Assembly (NCBI RefSeq): GCF_009914755.1
Contig: NC_060929.1
Direction: 5' to 3' (one strand)
From: the human T2T-CHM13v2.0 reference genome, Homo sapiens
Length of the DNA stretch: 64,000 nt
How positions within the stretch are numbered: the first letter of the stretch is position 1; each line of letters starts with the position of its first letter. The notes beneath the pieces are model-generated. The model saw only the letters and a program-made list of their open reading frames with translations, searched no databases and was not told the DNA's origin. Both the position numbers and the translations under genes were made by a program. Below are positions 59,701-64,000 of this stretch, in pieces.

Positions 59701-60957
59701 TAACAGCCTGCAGACCCTTCTGATATTATAAAAACACTTCTACCAATATCTTCATATATTTTATAGCACGTGTCTTTAATAAAAACAAAGCGTTTCTGGG
59801 GTCTATGAGGAGATTATAATGGTCTCCAGGAAAGGAAGGAGAAAATTTCTGTTTCCTTTTTATACATGAAAGTGTTAACAAAAAAAGGATCAAGTATCTT
59901 TGAAATGCTTTTTAAGGTAGGGAGACATTAATTTATCCAGTTGTGGTGAGACATTAGTGAAACAACTTAATTTCTTTATACCTCTTTTTTCCCCACATGT
60001 GAAGGAGAGTAATATTGATGGCTATGTAAATTACAGAGAAAATATTGATGACTTTTGTGTAGTAATTGAGATTTTCCCCCGTTTTCAGTTCGATTTTAAT
60101 GGTAAATTTTGTCTCTAGTGGACTCTGCACATAGATATAAAGAGTATCATTATTTGATAAAACAAAAGATTGTATGTATTAATGGTAGACCATGATACAT
60201 CGTTTGGATTTAATTACTTACTAAAAACTCAAGTTTAAGTAATATTTCAGTGTAAATTTACTTAGCAATGCTTACAAATAAAAAACAATTATGTACTAAA
60301 GGGATACCATGCAACATGGATGTTAAAAAAAACCCCATTGGATGGCTCTCATTTTTAAAACTGTATTTTTAATGGAGGGCAACAAGGATGACTACAAATG
60401 TTGGCACATTTATATTTCCTAAATGTACCTGATTTCAGTAAGCAAAATGCTAGCTGAAAATCCTCACAACAAAGAACCAACTTGCAAGATGAAAATGCGA
60501 GAATTACTCAGTAACATCCAGAAAAATCATAAGGAAGCCCTAACATGTGAAGCCTTTTTGACCACAGACCTCAAATCAGGAGCAATTCATTAGGTAGGTT
60601 TGACACTGGATATTGAATTCTGAATAGAAGATCATCTCAGTGTCCAGCGTATTGTGACCTGTCCATAAATATTAAATGACAACAAATCAACATAGTGGCA
60701 TATTTGGCACTGTCTGTAAAAATGTGTGTGCAGCCATATGTGTACTTGTGAATACAGACATAACAGTATATCATGCAAATTCTGAATATATGTCACTGTT
60801 GACCCTGTGAAAAGCAAGAATTCCAAGTGACACTCTGCAGTTAGAAATTTTAGATGAAAAAATAAACATAATTGCCAAAACATGTCATAAAGAACAAAAA
60901 TTTTGACTAAAATTAATATTTTTCCTGATATATATTTATTTCATATTAATCATTTCC

Positions 60958-61234
<277 letters not shown>

Positions 61235-61237
61235 TAC

Positions 61238-61546
<309 letters not shown>

Positions 61547-61759
61547 AGTTTTTACTTTTATGGCAACCTAAGCAGGGGTGATACTCAAACTATGTCACGA
61601 CCAATCCAGGTTAGTCCCTGAGCCTCACATAATCCTAGATTCCCACAGTAATATCTGTGCCCCATGATCTGCATATCAGCTCTGAATCTAGGATAGCTGG
61701 CTGAACTTCAGCAAAGCTATTCAACAAATTAACAGTAATAATAATAATATATATTATGT

Positions 61760-61910
61760 GTAGGGTTTCAGATATGCAAGATGAAAACATTCTGGAGATT
61801 GGTTGCATAACGATGTGAATAGACTTAACAGTACTAAACTGTACATTTAAAAATAGTTACAATGGTAAGTTTTGTGTTAGGTATATTTATTTTGCCATAA
61901 TTTAAAAAAA
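61760..61910 (+). mobile_element. L1MB 3'-end fragment
   Basis: gcaagatgaaaacattctggagattggttgcataacgatgtgaat...ctgtacatttaaaaatagtt. Confidence 0.8.
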
Positions 61911-62099
61911 TCTATGTTTTCAATGACTTTCCTGCAGCTCAGTAGGTCTCAACCTCTAGCAGGGAGTCAAGCATAGTGCAGTCTGGGGACCTGCCCCTAA
62001 ATGATTTGGACTCAGTGGTCCTGAATTGGGGGTCAGGAATCTACTTTGTTAACAAATGTCCCAGGCAGTCCTGAAACTATCCTTAAGAAACAAAACGCC

Positions 62100-62398
62100 G
62101 GCAGGGCGCGGTGGCTCACGCCTGTAATCCCAACACTTTGGGAGGCCGAGGCGGGCGGATCACGAGGTCAGGAGATCGAGACCATCCTGGCTAACACGGT
62201 GAAACCCCGTCTTTACTAAAAATACAAAAAATTGTCCGGGTGTGGTGACGGGCGCCTGTAGTCCCAGCTACTCGGGAGCCTGAGGCAGGAGAATGGCGTG
62301 AACCCGGGGGGCGGAGCTTGCAGTGATCCAAGATTGCACCGCTGCGTTCCAGCAGGGGCGACAGAGCGAGAAAAAAAAAACAAAACAAAACAAAAAAA
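62100..62398 (+). mobile_element. AluY
   Basis: Y diagnostics (gagatcgagaccatcctggctaacacggtg, gagaatggcgtgaacccggg, gagcttgcagtga), most CpGs intact, TSD aaacaaaa(c/t)gcc. Confidence 0.95.
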
Positions 62399-63461
62399 AA
62401 ACAAAATGCCAGTCTCGTCCTTTCTCTTCCTTGCCCCTTGTGGTTGTTTGCCCCGCTTCCTGCCTCTTCCCTTGTCTTTGCTACTCTTGAGCTCACCTGG
62501 CCTCTCTTCTGCTTCAGGTCCACAGTTGGTTTAGTTCTGTTAATAATCCTGTGTTAATTCCAGTCTCTACCTTGCCTTCGCCCCTGCTACATCTTGGCTA
62601 ATCTCCTGTGGACATTTCCAATCTCCTCCCTTATCACCTCTCCCACCTCCCCAGATATAGATAGATGATAGATGTACATATTAAAGAACTACTAACAGAC
62701 AGCAAAATGAACTCCCATGACTTCCATCTTTCTGTATTTCAGAACTCCGCCTGGCTAAGCATAAGGAGGCAGCCAAAAGGGCAGAAAACACTGCGTGTAA
62801 ACTGCTGTGTGTAATTAGCTCCTAAGTAATCAGGGTGTACTTCCAGAGGAAGTGGCCCACTGGAAGGTGTTTGGCAGTGTACAAAGGGCCTGGGTTCTAG
62901 CTCTCACTGGGTGTGAGCTATGTGACCACCTGCAGCACACCTTAAGTCCCTAAGCTCTTAGCAGTGCTGCATCCAGCGACACTGGCCTTTCCACTTCTCC
63001 TGCCAGCCCCTTCAGTGCAGTCCTATATCATATGGAGAACCCATATGTTCCTTGCATGACATTTGTGATTTGCAGTCTGTTAATTTTCCATATGCCAGCT
63101 TTATCTGCTAATTTGCTGATCTTTTTCCCTCCTCGGCTTCCCATTGCTGCTGTTGATGGAAGTCATCCGAGCATGTAGCCTGTTTTCTGTTCTTTCTCAC
63201 ACCCGGAGAGCTCACCTGTTCTTCTTGTTTCAGTTGCTCCCCAAAAGCGATGCTCTCAGATTCAGTATCCCGCACTGATCTGTCTTAAATCTTATATCGT
63301 TAGTTGTGAACATCTCCATCTGAAAGTCCTGACATTGTTTCAAACTGAGTTCACTAACTGCTGGCACTCACATCTCCCCTAATCTTTATCCTTATCTTTA
63401 ATTTATGGTGCTCTCTTAGTCCTTTTTAACCTGTGAACCCAACATTTTAGAGTTACTCTAA

Positions 63462-63499
<38 letters not shown>

Positions 63500-63704
63500 A
63501 TGCTGTATTCTTCTTTTATTTCATGTGTGCAAATTTAAATTTATGAAGTCAATCATTAGTGCCACAACTATAGCCTGACAATTTAAAATTTGGTTCACTT
63601 TTATAGTAAACAACATCTCAATCTAATGTTTAGACATTTAGCTGATTGTTAAACATTAGCTAAAATGGATCTTTTCCTGAAACAGTGTTGCCAGGTTTTA
63701 AAAT

Positions 63705-63962
63705 ATTAATAGACATTATGTTGTACACTTTTGAATTAACATAAAAATTGAAGGACGTTAGTGCAGAAAGTTCTCATATCCCTTCCCCACTAGTTTTTTT
63801 TCTTTTAATCACATCTTCCATTGGTGTGGTACATTTGTTACAATGACTGAACCAATACTGATGCATTACTATGAAGTAAAGTCCAGCGTTTACATTATGG
63901 TTCACCCTGGTGTTGTACGGTCTATGGATTTTGACAAACTCATAATGTCATTTATCACCATG
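63705..63962 (-). mobile_element. L1MC-type 3' fragment
   Basis: gtgtggtacatttgttacaatgactgaaccaatactgat...tctatggattttgacaaa. Confidence 0.75.
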
Positions 63963-64000
63963 TAAAAGCTTTTTCTAAATGTTTATATTCCCAGCAGCCA

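Overview
Human or great-ape genomic DNA containing the 5' part of PRDM6 (PR/SET-domain zinc-finger regulator) on the + strand. The gene parts present are non-coding exon 1 (ends 40002), coding exon 2 (CDS 40498-41098) and exon 3 (50338-50645; zinc knuckle and start of the PR domain). The rest of the gene lies beyond the window. Bases 1-31.5 kb are a dense mosaic of L1, HAL1, Alu, MaLR/ERVL LTR, MIR/L2 and hAT relics, including a full-length 7SL copy inside an AluJ inside a MER96B. From about 31.5 to 60.9 kb I see no Alu, L1 or LTR, and there are several CpG islands. The most notable observations are: a perfect 94-bp-arm palindrome with a 12-nt spacer in intron 2 that is not derived from any repeat I recognise; an LF-SINE-like relic about 5 kb upstream of the promoter; an AUG-UAG start-stop element as the only upstream AUG in the leader; a dense MEIS/PBX/HOX motif cluster in intron 3; and an apparently extra 9-nt Ser-Ala-Ser unit in exon 2. 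Repeat subfamily names come from visual comparison with remembered consensus sequences, and repeat boundaries are approximate unless TSDs are given.
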